In this document: positions 27,244 through 40,729 of the stretch, one piece after another
How the letters are laid out: the number at the start of each line of letters is the position of its first letter
Numbering within the stretch: position 1 is the stretch's first letter
Assembly: GCF_009914755.1 (NCBI RefSeq)
Contig: NC_060935.1
Length of the DNA stretch: 64,000 nt
Direction: 5' to 3' (one strand)
Source of the DNA: the human T2T-CHM13v2.0 reference genome, Homo sapiens
Position numbers and translations under genes: made by a program
Notes under the pieces: model-generated
The model's database searches: none
Seen by the model: only the letters and a program-made list of their open reading frames with translations
Told to the model about the DNA's origin: nothing

Positions 27244-30200
27244 TTATCCTGGGCAGGACAGAGAAGGGCACCGGTGTCTCTGGAGAAGCTTCCTAGTTTT
27301 ATAGTGGCTGCTGAGGCAGTTGCTCCATCTTGGGGTGGAGAATGGCTGTTTGAACAAATCTGGTTCCTGGTCCTTCAGAAAAGAGGCTCCTTCTCTCCTG
27401 TAATTCAGGGCTTGGAAGTGATCTCATGCCAGTAAGCCAGGTCACCAGCATCTGTGCAGCTCTGTGTGGCCTGGGCGGAATTTTCACATTGACTGTTTCA
27501 TTTGACCTTGTAGACAGGCTAGGGTTCATCACTGCTCAGATGAGGAAGCCAGGGCCCAGAAAGGTTAAGCAACTTGCCTCAAGCCACTCAGCTCAAAAAT
27601 AGCAGAGCCTAGATATTCTAACCCAGGTGTCATTAATGTTCCCATCTCATGCTTCGGAATAAGTGGTCGGAAAGTACATTTGGCCTTCCAGGTTTGGGGA
27701 GGAAGGCTGCAGCTGATCTAACGGTTGGCTCTGCTTAGTCCTTGAATGTCTCTCAGGTTTTTCTCATGTTTTTCCAAGCCTGGTCTTCCAGCAGGACGTA
27801 GGAGATGGAGTGTCTCCCGGGGAAGGAGATGATGGCTCAGTGTGGAGCACCCCCATGCCCCTCACAGTCCTGAGCCCTTGCCGAGCCACCTGCGAGCCCC
27901 TCCCGGCCCAGGGCACACTCTCTTGTGGCAGCAGACAGTGTACTGTGTTTCTCAGATGCTCTGGCCACTTCCCCTGTTTCTTCATTACCCTTTGGGAAGG
28001 AGGCCACTGAAAGCGTCTGGAAATCCGGGTTCTATAGACATTTCACAGAGGCCCCAGTCAGGCCCCCTCTGCTTTCTTTGGCAGGTCCGCACCCCACGCA
28101 CCTTCCTGGTTGCTCACTCAGTCGGTGGGCCTTTCAGCTGCACTTCTGTGGGGAAGACACACTCCTGTCTGAGGAAGCAGCAGCCCCTCTGTAGAGATGG
28201 TGCTGGGAGTGGGAGGTGGGAAGGATGCATCTCGGTGTGAGATCCCGGAAGGAGGCATTCACTTGCTCCTTGTTTCCAATGATGTTTCTCTCTGGGAAGA
28301 ACGAGGGGCATGGGATGAAGTGGCATATCAGGGCCAAGTGGCCAGAACAGGGCTGGTGCCCTGGACAGTGAGCTGAGGAGAGAACCCACTTCAGATTCAC
28401 TTTCTCCTGGGCAGGAACCGTGAGCACAGGCAAGCTCCTGGGCTGAATGTGCGGGAACCTGTCTTGGCTTGGCTCCGCAGCCATTCCCTGTCCCCCCAGG
28501 GGCCACCGCAGGCTGCCCAGCCTGCCCTGGGGGGTAGGTGGACAGACATTCCAGGCAGGACCGTGACAAGAAGTAAATGTAGGTGATTTGTCCTTGTTCT
28601 GTTCCAGCTTGTACATTAGCATACCTTGACATGAGTTATTTGTCTTGATTTCTTTAAATTCCTAAGTGGATTATAATTTTTTTCTTGGTATTATTTGACA
28701 GCAGTCATTTTTCAAGGTTTCACTACGTTCTTCAAATACTTAGAATTTTTGGAACAAATTTAGGAAAAGACTGCCATCTTCAGGTTGGACGGTGCAGTGC
28801 AGGACCCGGTGTGTCTGAGGGCACCTCGCAGATGCTGAGGACTAGCAGATTTGTAGGGCTTTTTCTTCCTTTTCCACAAAGATTGAACTGCCTTCATCAG
28901 TTCAATACATCTAGATTCAATACATCTAGAATGTATTGTCAGTCCTTTTAAAAAAAAGAGAAAAAAGCCCCAGTGACCACTGTTGGAAGTTGTACTGTTG
29001 TGGTTTGTTTCATCTACAGTGATGGACAACCTCCTAGGCTGTCCCCACTCCACTTTTGGGAACAGACTTTGCATGCCTTAGAGGAAGGTAGGAAGCAGGT
29101 ATCTGGAGAGGGTACTGTGTGCCTGAGGGAAATGCGGACGCCAGACCCCACAAGGCTTCCCCACACTGCCACTACCCTAGCACCGATGGTAACATCAGAA
29201 CAGAATCGCCTTAATGAGTCTGAAACTTTCCCTGTCTTCATTTATGCTTTAAGTTTTAGTATGTCCAGGTTTTTGTTATCAGAGGGACCGTATTGATTTC
29301 ACATTATTTCGTCCAAAGTAAAGAAACATCATGATTCTTCCGGAAAGTAATAACAACAGCAAATTACGTGCTATGTACAGTGTTATGTGTTTTCCTTGCA
29401 TTATCTCATTTAATATTCTTGACACTCCAGTACAGTAGGTACTATTATTATTCCTGCATTATAGTTCTACTAAGTATACATATTTCCACTATGGCTGTGG
29501 AAACTGCAGCAGAGAGAGAGGGCTATAATCACTTGCCCTGGATGACTCAGTTAGGAAGTGGTGCTACTGCTCAGATTCAAACCCAGATCCCATCTGACAC
29601 CACAGTCCAGGTGTTCATCACTCCTCACTGCAGGCTCCCTAAGCAGCAAAGAACAGCAGGGACCAGGAAACAAAGTGACCCATAGAGCAGCTTTGAAGGA
29701 AGACGAAAGTCCTTTATTAACCCCCCCCGGGTATCTCAGAAGCCCTTTGCAAGTGAATGGTTGACTTTCGAGGGTTGCATTCACCTTTATTATTATTTGC
29801 AACTGCTATGAAGAATAACTGGAGGGATTATAGCAAAACAAAGAGAAAATGGACATTTCTCCAAGTCAAAATAGAAATCCACATATTAAGATGGCATCAG
29901 GTACTGCGTGGCATCCTTGATCCAGGTAGGGTTTTACTGGTGCAACATCTTTTTGGTGAACCCTACCTGCAGACAAGCGTCCCAGCTCCTGTCCAGCTGT
30001 CCTGAGTGTTTGAGCGGTAGGAAAGCTTTGCAGTCTGACCCGAGCTCCTTTAAAGCCCAAGGAACTTGTGGCTAACACAGAGTAAACATCCTGAAGTAAT
30101 GTTTTTTGCTTCCTTTTATGGTTCTTTCCCTTCCTCAGAAAAACTCCATAATCTTTCAAGATAGTTTTTGATTGGTGGTTTATTTAATAAAATAATTGTA

Positions 30201-30432
30201 TAAGCCAGATTGAAGCACGTGGCCCATAGGAAAAGCAGTATTCTGCTCCTTCATGGCTCCTCACCTTCCAGTTCTACTTTTTGGGGACCATTGCTTGCAG
30301 CCTTTTCAGCCATTTCTTTGTATTAATATATTTACCTCCACATTTCTAAATAACATGCTTATATTGTGTATCTCATTCTATTAATTTTAGGCATCATCTG
30401 TTGACTTCTTAACATAGAAGACTACGATTTAG

Positions 30433-30546
30433 TTCTCTAAATTTAGTATATGCCCCCCTCCGTCTTCCTTTCAGTCCCCCTATGTGCTTTTCTCTAAATT
30501 TAGTATATGCCCCCCTCCGTCTTCCTTTCAGTCCCCCTATGTGCTT
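30433..30546. repeat. Perfect 57-bp tandem duplication (2 copies)
   Basis: ttctctaaatttagtatatgcccccctccgtcttcctttcagtccccctatgtgctt x2. Confidence 0.95.
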
Positions 30547-32812
30547 ATATCACATTAAAAAAAATTAGCATTCAGTTAATTTTACAAACCCATATAAATT
30601 TTGCACACAGCGTGGTTAATGTTATATATTGGAACCATTTCCTTAATTGTAAAACGTTTTTTTCTGGGGTGTATGGTTGTCTTCTTAAAAAATTGTTCAG
30701 TTTTACATAGCTACACCAATTCATCCTCAAAGTTTCGAGGAGAACTCATACTCTTCTCCAGATGGTGAGATATAAATCAGGTCCGCTCTCTTGGTGACAT
30801 CCTTCCAGGAGTCCTCAGCTCCACGGATCCACTCTGGACTGGTTGCTGACCTGGCTGGTTTCTTTACCTTTCTTCTATGTTAGGCCCCATCTCTTTTTAA
30901 AACGTATTCCATCCTTTTGTAGGAACATACCCTCCTATAGCTCCCTGGGAACAAGTTGCAAGGAAGGTCAGTTTTCTGATACCTTAAATATCTGAAAGAG
31001 TATTCTACTTTCATGTGTAATGGATAATTTGATGTTCATTATGGTTTTTGCCTTGGACTTGTGAAACTTTATTCATGTTTTCTAGGTGATTTCCACATAT
31101 TTTCTCCTTGCTAATGAACAATATGTTTAATGCTGGAGAATAAGGTCATTCTTATAAAAAGAGCAGGTAAATGCTAATTTAGTTCATGTGATATGTAGAA
31201 GTGGTGTTGACTGTCTTTATTATCCCCATCTTCTCTGTAGGAATTTATGAGAACATATATTTATTTGGGAAAGATAGAATTCTAAGTATCGAGGTAATAA
31301 GCTTGCTCTGTACAGTCACTCTGTAGGTTCTATGAAGATGAGCACTTTGTTGTTAGCTCATGGATTCCTGGTGTCTAGCACAGTGCCTGGCATGTATGAT
31401 GGATGATAGGTGTGCTGGTTCATTCTATTAAAATCTGTAAAACAGGCAGAGTGAGTACCTTTTCCATCGTTGACCTTGAGATGTTGATAATCAGTTGTGC
31501 CTCTACTGAGTGCCTAGGGGACTCTTTTGGAGAAGTCAAAATTAGCCTCCGTTTTGGATATTGAGGAAATCGAGTCTTGGGCCTTGCATATGTGAGTCAT
31601 TGACATTCGCCCTTTTTCTGCTCATATCTTGATCCCAAATGCCAGTTTTCTTTCCCAAATGCCAGTTTTCTTTTATGAGTATTTGTTTTGTGCCCCATAG
31701 AATAGAATTGCCCTTTTTTTGTTTTATGTGCCACCTTCACTTTTGGGGAAACTACCACTGCTGGAGAAGAAACGAGATTTATTTGGGAAGGAGAGAAGCA
31801 AATAAATAATCCACCTTGGCCCACTTCCCTTATAAGGAGAACTGGCAAGACTGGAAATAGAGCCTTCACCAAAGGGTTTTTAGAATTCATTTCATTAAAA
31901 CTTGAACCCAACATACAGATTTCTTCCTTTCAGCCTTCTGGATTTGGGGACAGAGGGATTCCTGACCTACCCAGGTTGAATGAAGGGGAGAGGGTGGTCT
32001 GTTTGTTTCAATGCTGTGGTCTCCAGGGCACCTTCTGTAGTACTTTGTATTCTTAGAAACAGAGTCACCACCTCTTGGCAGCAGTGAAGCCACTCAGATG
32101 CCAATGGTCAGAGTTTGGTTTCAAGTCACCAGCCTTGTAGAGACAGTGCCCAGTTTCCTTTGGCAAAGACAGCCTGCCCCTTCTCTATTCATTTCAGCCT
32201 TGAACACAGAGGTAAATTCCTCAAAATAGAAACCTTTGTGGACTCTATCTGATGCATTTGTGAATCATGTTTGTCACTAATTCTAATTTAACTTCATAGA
32301 AGTTTTAAAACGCTGTTTAGTTTTTTTGCTGTTGTTCCTTTCCCAAATCAACTTTCAAAAAACGTTGGTTTAACGGTGTTAGAAAGGCTTAGACATTTTC
32401 TTTTGGGGGACAGTGTGATTAATGTTTGCAGCAAACGCAAGGGCTGTGGTGTTGACAGATCCAAGTTTTATTAACTCCAGGACTATTCCTGGATGTGTGA
32501 CCTCAGGCAAGTCAGTTCATCTCTAAGCTTCTATTTCCTCATCTGTAAAATGATTTAAATTAAATCCACCTCCAGCAGCGTCATGAGGCAAAGATTACCT
32601 GAGATCACATCTATAAACAACACATTGCTCACAGCGCCCAGTGGACACGAGGTCTCTTCCTGCCTTCCTTCAGGCACAGGTGAGAGGCCCACACTCTGAG
32701 CAGCTGGTTATGAGTGGGCCATTATCAGGGATTTGAACAGTCACTTGGCTTCACTGCTTGCTCCCAGCTCTTGGCTTGTGTTTCTTTTTTCTTTACTAGG
32801 CAGGAGGGATAG

Positions 32813-33215
<403 letters not shown>

Positions 33216-34597
33216 CCTATCAAACATTTCTTATATGGCAGGTCCTATGCCAAGCACCTTCTGAGCATTAGCTCCTTTAATATTCACATATGTTGCAAAT
33301 ATTACAGGTATTATATCCCCATTGCACATATGAGAAGTCTTGAGGTTTCAGGTTTGTGTCTGGCTCCAAGGCTTTCGTGCTTTACACTCAGCACCTTGCT
33401 TTTCAGCTGTACCTTCGTGGTCCCCATTGGTATGTGGTAGATTTTACCCCCATTCACCTTCTTGACCTGTAGATGTCAGGGCCGTGGTTCCCATTTCCAG
33501 CAGTGCAGTGCAGGGACATTTTGATGTTAAGCACAAAGACTTCAAGTTTCCCAGCTTCTCAACTTCACCCCAGCTCTGACCTGGCCCAGGGGCAGCTAGC
33601 GAGGCAGAACAGCTAGGAGTGAGGAGCCTAAAGGGAGACTGGGATTCAGCTCAGTGAGTCCCTAAGGCTTGTATCTCATGCCTTCCATAAACTCACTCCT
33701 TGCAGAAGGCGCTAGAATGGACAGAAGCGGTGCCTTCTGGAACTGGGGCGGTCTGAGAGCTAGCTGTAAGCAGAGGTTGTTAATCAGGGTTGGATGGACG
33801 GATACATAGCCAGTTGTCTAGGTAATAAAGAAACAATGCCTTTTGCCCTGTACTCCCCATTCCATTTTGTGTTTCTGATTGCCTTTATACCAACGTCTGT
33901 GCCCACACCTTTGCCCATGTTATTCTTTTTTACTTTTGCCCACTGAGACTAGAAAGACTAGAAGCTTCTTAGCAGCTGTGACTGTGTCTCATACATTTCC
34001 ATGGGCTGTTGTTTATAATTGGAAAAAGTGATGTGGCAACATTTGAAAAAATGTATAAAAAGCTCAAAGATGTTCCCTCCTACCCTTATAATCTCACCTC
34101 TTCCCACCCCCATAATCTCACTTCCCTAACACAATGGCTTTTACTTTTAACCTTTTTAAAAATAATTTCTTCCTTCTGAGGCAGACCCTGTTGTTTTATA
34201 GTATCTCCCAGCTTCTGTCTTACCTGCCAGGTGGCTAGTCCATGCAGCTGCATCCATGTCAGAGCTTGATAGGGTTCTCTCTTTCACCTCACCTGATACC
34301 TTTTAGGATTTTTGAAGCTTTGGAAAAGATACCACTCTGATGTTGAACAGGAGAGGGACCTGGCCCTCTCCAAAAGATACTGGCCTCAGTTGCACTGCCC
34401 CTTATATGCAACACTGGCATCAGATGGAGTGTCCAGCCTCCTGTCTTTTGGCATGGTGGCCAGAGATCCAAATGTGGGTAGCAGGTTATAGATTTAAACC
34501 AGTATTCCTTCAGGATATATTTCATAGGGTTTTGTGACCAACTGAGTTTGAGAAACTCTAGATTATATGTTTAAAAATGTTTCTTTATGGAAGTGCC

Positions 34598-34886
34598 TTT
34601 TTAAGAGACAAGGTCTTACTGTGTTGCCCAGGCTGGAGTGCAACAGCATGATCATAGCTCCATTACACCTTCGATCTTCCAGGCTCAAGTGATCCTCCTG
34701 CTTTAGCCTCCCAGGTAGCTGGAACTACAGGCATGCACCACCACACCTGGTGATTTTTTTTTTTTTTTTTCTGGTAGAGATGTCTCACTGTGTTGTCCAG
34801 GCTGGTCTCAAACTCTTGGGCTTGAATGAGTTTCCCTCCTTGGCCTTCCAAAGTGCTGATATTAAAGGCATGAGCCACCATGGCCA
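34598..34886 (-). mobile_element. AluJ
   Basis: Diverged antisense dimer. Confidence 0.9.
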
Positions 34887-35521
34887 GTCAATGGCACTGC
34901 TTTTAATACGCTAGTATTTACTGTGAATCTCTAAGAGAGGTCTTATTAAAAGAATAATAGCTAGATTTTATTGACTGCTTATTCTTGTTAGATCTAGGAT
35001 CCCTGATGAAGTCTGTGGAGTGTCTTATTTAAACCCTGTAACAATCCAGTGAAGTGAATGCCATCACTGTCCCCATTTTAGAGACTTGAGAGGCACTTGC
35101 GCAGTATCATAGCTAGTTTGCCTTGGGCAGTGTTTTGTGCTTGAGTAGGATGAGTCTAGACCCACACAATCTTTTTTTTTTTAAAGCAGGTCCCAGTGAT
35201 TAAGTTCCATGGACTGTACATTCTTAACCCATGTATAATACTCAGCTTTGCCCAAGCCTTCTGTTACTTGGGACTTCCTGTGGAATAGATTAGTACTCAG
35301 GGACAGTAGTTGGAGAATTGCCAGTTTTAACTTGGAATGTGAGCAGACTTGGACTGCTAGATAAAGAAGGCGGATGGAGTTTCTCAGTGAACCCTATTTG
35401 GTTCTGAGGCCCATGGAGCCTCTGCATCCCCAGGTTTCTTGGTCTGTGTCACATTAAGTTGGTATTAATGCCTATTCAGTGGGAGAGGCATGCCCGAAGA
35501 GTCTGGAGTATAACGTCTAGA

Positions 35522-35689
35522 CCAGTGGTCTCAAATTTGGCTGTGTATTGGAATTCACTGAAGAAGCTTTAAAAATTATGATGTTTGGCCTCTCTCAGGG
35601 ATTCCAGTTTAATCCAGATTATGCCCAGGCCTTTGTGATGTTTAAATGATCCTTGGGTATTCTGATGTAGCCTGGGTTGAGAACCATTG
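35522..35689. mobile_element. MER5-type hAT-Charlie MITE
   Basis: Termini cagtggtctcaaa ... ttgagaaccattg; about 170 bp. Confidence 0.7.
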
Positions 35690-36345
35690 GTTTGGACACA
35701 CTCCTTTGTGGTCCAGTTACCATGTCTTATCCCAAAGCAAGGGGAAGAAAAGGGTTCACTTTGTGAGTGAAATGACTTAACGTGGTTTAGAGTTTTTTGT
35801 TTGTTTTTTCATGAATGAGTGACCTGTGTTCTTTTTCATCAGCCATGTATGGCCTTGTAGATCTTCTCTGTGATCTGTACCCCAGTCCTAACTTTGCACT
35901 GACAGTGACATATTGAGCAGCCCTTATGTAGAAGTTTTGGATTGGTTACTAAGGGGACTGGTGACAAAGAGGCTCAGCACTCTTATTCCTGCTGGAAGAA
36001 GGAAGTGGGTACCATTGCTCAGACCACTGTATCTACGCTGTCCCAGGAGAGTTGGGACAAGAAGTGCATTCTGGGTTATGACATGAGCTAACTGCACACA
36101 GATTTCTTATTGGGCTCCAAAGAGTATCACTTTCATTTTCAGTTGGGTCAGGTGAAATTGGGTAATACAATTGTTTCTTGGTTTGGTAGCTGGGTAACTT
36201 AAGCTGTTGTTATTAATGTGTCCGCAAAAAAGCCTTTTTTAGATATTTCGGAAAATATATGCCCTTGTCAGTAAAAAGCAATGATTGTCTCAACCCTAAG
36301 CTATAATCGCTTTTCTAAACATACTCATCATTTCAAAAGCATTGA

Positions 36346-36660
<315 letters not shown>

Positions 36661-38061
36661 TGATTTCCGTGGTTTTTGTCTGAATGGTCACATCTCTTAC
36701 ATGAGCACAGTGCAGCACAGCTGGCTTTGGATTTACACTGAGTGCACCTTCATGTGCTTCTGCACAATTGCCAAGGGAGCACGGACTCACACCTGTGAAC
36801 TGTCCTCATGCCGGCCTTATGCATCCACATGGTGCACCTGGGTGACATTCTCTGTCCCTGCCAAAGGGCACAAGGGACAAGCAGCCTCTTTGGACTTCAC
36901 TTAAATTCCCGGAGCTGGGATGAAAATAAAGTTACATGCTTCAAGATTTTGTAAGCATCAGAGAGGAAACAGAATTGCTTTGCCCAGTGTATACTTCATT
37001 TGTGCTTTAAAATGACGGGCAAAGTCCCCTGGCTGCTGCAGCTTTGCTGATGTTCCAGAGCCTCTGAGAGGAGCTTTGCCACCCTTTGGCACTAGTCAGC
37101 CTTGGGCCAGGGGAATGCTAATGGGTCAGAATGGGCATAAGTATAATGTGTGTGTGCTAAGGGATTGGGGCACCAGATAACCTGCTAGCGCTGCGAGTTT
37201 ATGATTCCTCAGCCTTTACACACATTTTTTTTTAAAACTGTTTTAAGTGTTTGTGCCCCTTAGCATGGCATTAAAGGCCCTAAGCGACCTGGTTCCAGGG
37301 TAGCTTCCTCTTGTGTCCTGCCAAACCCCTGTTGCCCCACCTGTCCAGTCTATGCTCTGCCTTCTGTTTGTCTAGATGGACTTTCTGCTCCTTTCTCCCT
37401 GTACCACTGGGCCAGCTCCTTCTCCTTCATGAGACAATAGCTCCACTATAATAGAACCTTCCCCATTTGAGCAGACCATTGATTTCTCTTTTAATCCCAT
37501 TGCATTTGGTAATCACTTCCCATGCTGTGTCATGATGGTTTGGAGGTGTCCCCCTTCCTCTGGGCTCTGCCTCAGGGGGCCTTATTCATATAGTGGCTTC
37601 CTTTTTTATTGAATGCTTGCTTTGTGCTAGGAGCTGTGCTGAATGCTTTACGTGCATTTCATTTCATCCTCCACGTTTTAGGTGGAATTTGCCTCAGCTC
37701 CACCTAGGAAAAAAGGCTCGTAGATCACCAGAGACAGGCTTGTAGGTTGGGTACCTGGAGCTTGACATCAGATCTGTGTGACTTTAATGCCTCTGCTCTG
37801 TTTCCTCGTTGCATAATCCCTTGTGGACCCTGACCACAGGATCTGTCAACCTAAGCCTCTACGTATCTCTATACCAAGCAAGAACCTTACACAACAAAGC
37901 CCAACAGATGTGAGAACAAATGGATGAATTAAAGAAAAATTTATGTTTTAGATTCCTTGGAAGGAAATTTGCATATTAAATTAGTTTGTTTCGTTTCTTT
38001 TAGCCTTCCATGATAACTAGATTTCATTTTTTGTGCTTCCATTATTGAAATTTGGTTAGTA

Positions 38062-38379
<318 letters not shown>

Positions 38380-38515
38380 TTATATTAATGGATGTTGGAT
38401 CTGTAATACACATGGACAACCTGAAAAAGCGATCACAGTCACATTTTCCTTTTCTGAATTGGTGGCTGCCTTCTAGTAATTTGGATGGTGGTTGGAGATC
38501 AGTTATATGGTAACA

Positions 38516-39535
38516 GGGTAGCTTTCAAAATGTGGCCTGCGAACCCCTAGGGAGTTCCTTGATATCATTTTAATGGGTTGACAAGGTCAAAACTATTTTT
38601 GTTATAATACAAAGACATGATTTGCCTTTTCCATTCTGCTTATATTCACACTGATGGTACAAGAGCAGTGGGATAGAACTGCTTTAGTATGAATCAGAGC
38701 AGTGGCTTTGCTGCTAAAATTCATGCAGTTGAAAAAAAAAGTCCTTCATGAATTTTATTACAACCTAGAGTACACATTGAAAGTGAACACATAAGTTTTA
38801 TCACATCAAGGAAAACAAATGACATTATTTGTTGCCAAAGATAAAATTTGGGCTTTCAAATGAAAATTAGAATACTGGGAAATTTGTGCCTACCTTAGTG
38901 AACTTCTCAGTACTTAAAGACTTTTCTGATGAGATCCACGATGATATTGACAAAATGTAATTTGATATTGTGTTAGAGCAATGGATTTTAATGTAACAGA
39001 GTTGGAAAAATTCATTGATATGGTTTCAGACTCCATATTCCAGCCTACCATTAAGAAACTACTACTGCTTGTTGACTTTTGATATAGTATCAAAGGAAAA
39101 TGACCACTGTTATCTGAGGAGTCTGTCACATAATGTAAAGCAGCACTACCTGTCTCACTAATTTTTTAAAAATACAGGCATGTTTAATTTTTTTAAAAAG
39201 ATGTATATCAACATGTAATTAGCTTATTATTTCTTAAAATGAATGAATATTTTAAAGTTTGCTCAGTTTTAATTTCCAGTACAGAAAATATAGATATAAC
39301 CTGTAGTAAGCAAAAGGTCTTTGAGGTCCTCAATAATTTATTTGGTCCTGTTTGCAGTATCGTACATGATCACCAAACTGCTGCTAGAATGCTCACACCT
39401 GTTACGGCAAATTCAAAACCCAGGAAAGGCGTCTCCTGGGAATTTACTTGAGGTCAGGGTCAGGCTGTCTGGTACATCAATAATTTATTTACGAGTGTAA
39501 AGGGGTCCTGTGATCAAAAAGTTTGAGAGCCACTA
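38516..39535 (+). mobile_element. Charlie1-type (hAT-Charlie) non-autonomous DNA transposon relic
   Basis: 5' end ...ttcaaaatgtggcc...aggtcaaaactatttt; 3' end gtgtaaaggggtcctgtgatcaaaaagtttgagagccacta; both resemble Charlie1 termini. Confidence 0.75.
39344..39476 (-). pseudogene. 5'-truncated retrocopy of the H/ACA scaRNA SCARNA16 (ACA47; miR-6516 hairpin)
   Basis: 133-bp insert between 14-bp direct repeats TCAATAATTTATTT (39330-39343, 39477-39490). Minus strand reads ...TTTGCCGTAACAGGTGTGAGCATTCTAGCAGCAGTTTGGTGATCATGTACGATACTGCAAACAGGA, a hairpin with an ACA box and a pocket (CAGGT / GTAC) complementary to the U1 snRNA 5' end. Confidence 0.82.
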
Positions 39536-40729
39536 TTTTAAAGGATGTAAAAAGGGGTTGTTTATCCAAGTGAATGAAAAGCTAATTCGGAATTATAGAA
39601 TGTTATGAAGAGAAACCATTTTCAGTAATTTCAAATTCAACAGTAGTGTTTTTAAATAAGGTTTCTGATAATTAGCATATTGTTTGAATATAAAGTAGCA
39701 TAGAGTGCGCTTAGAAAGTCTTTTTTGGTTTTGCCTCCAAAATTGCCCTTATTTTACCCAGTGGATGATTTTAATAAATGTTTTCCATGGTGGGGCCCTT
39801 CAGTCATGAATCCTCAAATAACAAAGTCTAGATTGCAGATGTTTAGAGTATGGTAGCTGTTGGGAGATGTGCAAATTTAGAAACAGTTACTCCGAGATCA
39901 GATACTTGTTTATTAAGATTTGCAGAATTAAAATGGAGAACTTCCATGAATATGATAGAAAACATCACTCCTTCAGTAGAGTTGTTAGGAATATTTAACC
40001 TTTATAAAGAAATTCAGTCATAACTATGTTAAAATAAAGGAGGGAAGGCAATTTAAATTCGGTTTGCAATTTGAAATGTCATTGGCTTCCTCTAATGACT
40101 CAGTAAGAATGAATTACATTTAGAATATCTATCCTTGGATATCAGTAGGTGCTTCCAGTGGGTGTTTCCGAAGTAGGTTTAACACTCCCTTCGAAATATC
40201 TTTTAGCAATATGCTTAGCAGATGTGCTTATTTTTGTTACAACAGAGACTCTATACCCAGTCCTTTTCTTCTCTCTTTTTCAAATGGCCTAAAGTCTCTA
40301 GGCTGTCAGTATCAGCCTGACTCTTACCTGTTTATTTGATCGTTCCTGAATTTGGTTTTCAGAATATCTGCTACGTCCAACCTGGGCTCGGTCAGGCTAG
40401 ACCACGTGAGGGGTTTGCTATGGAAGAATACTATGTGTTACCTAAAGTACCTGCATTTAAGCCCCAGATGCAGGCACCTCAGTTCTGCCAGTTGACACTT
40501 GGAGGCGAATGGGATGGTGATGAGCCAAGTAGTAGTCACTCCACTGATTTTAGGGTGGAAGATTCTACTGGCATCCCAGGCCCCAGAGCATAAATGAATA
40601 ACAGAGTCAAGGATGCCAGCATGAGTACCCCTCTACCATATAAGCTTTACAGTGTCTCATGCCTTCATGGTGTGGGACCCCTTAAAGCCCGTATGAATGG
40701 CTGTTTATCTGTTAAGATCTTTCTAAAGA

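Noticed and set aside
27764-28632. Cluster of overlapping 66-172 aa ORFs on both strands
   Set aside because: Locally GC-rich intron with few stop codons; no protein family is recognisable.
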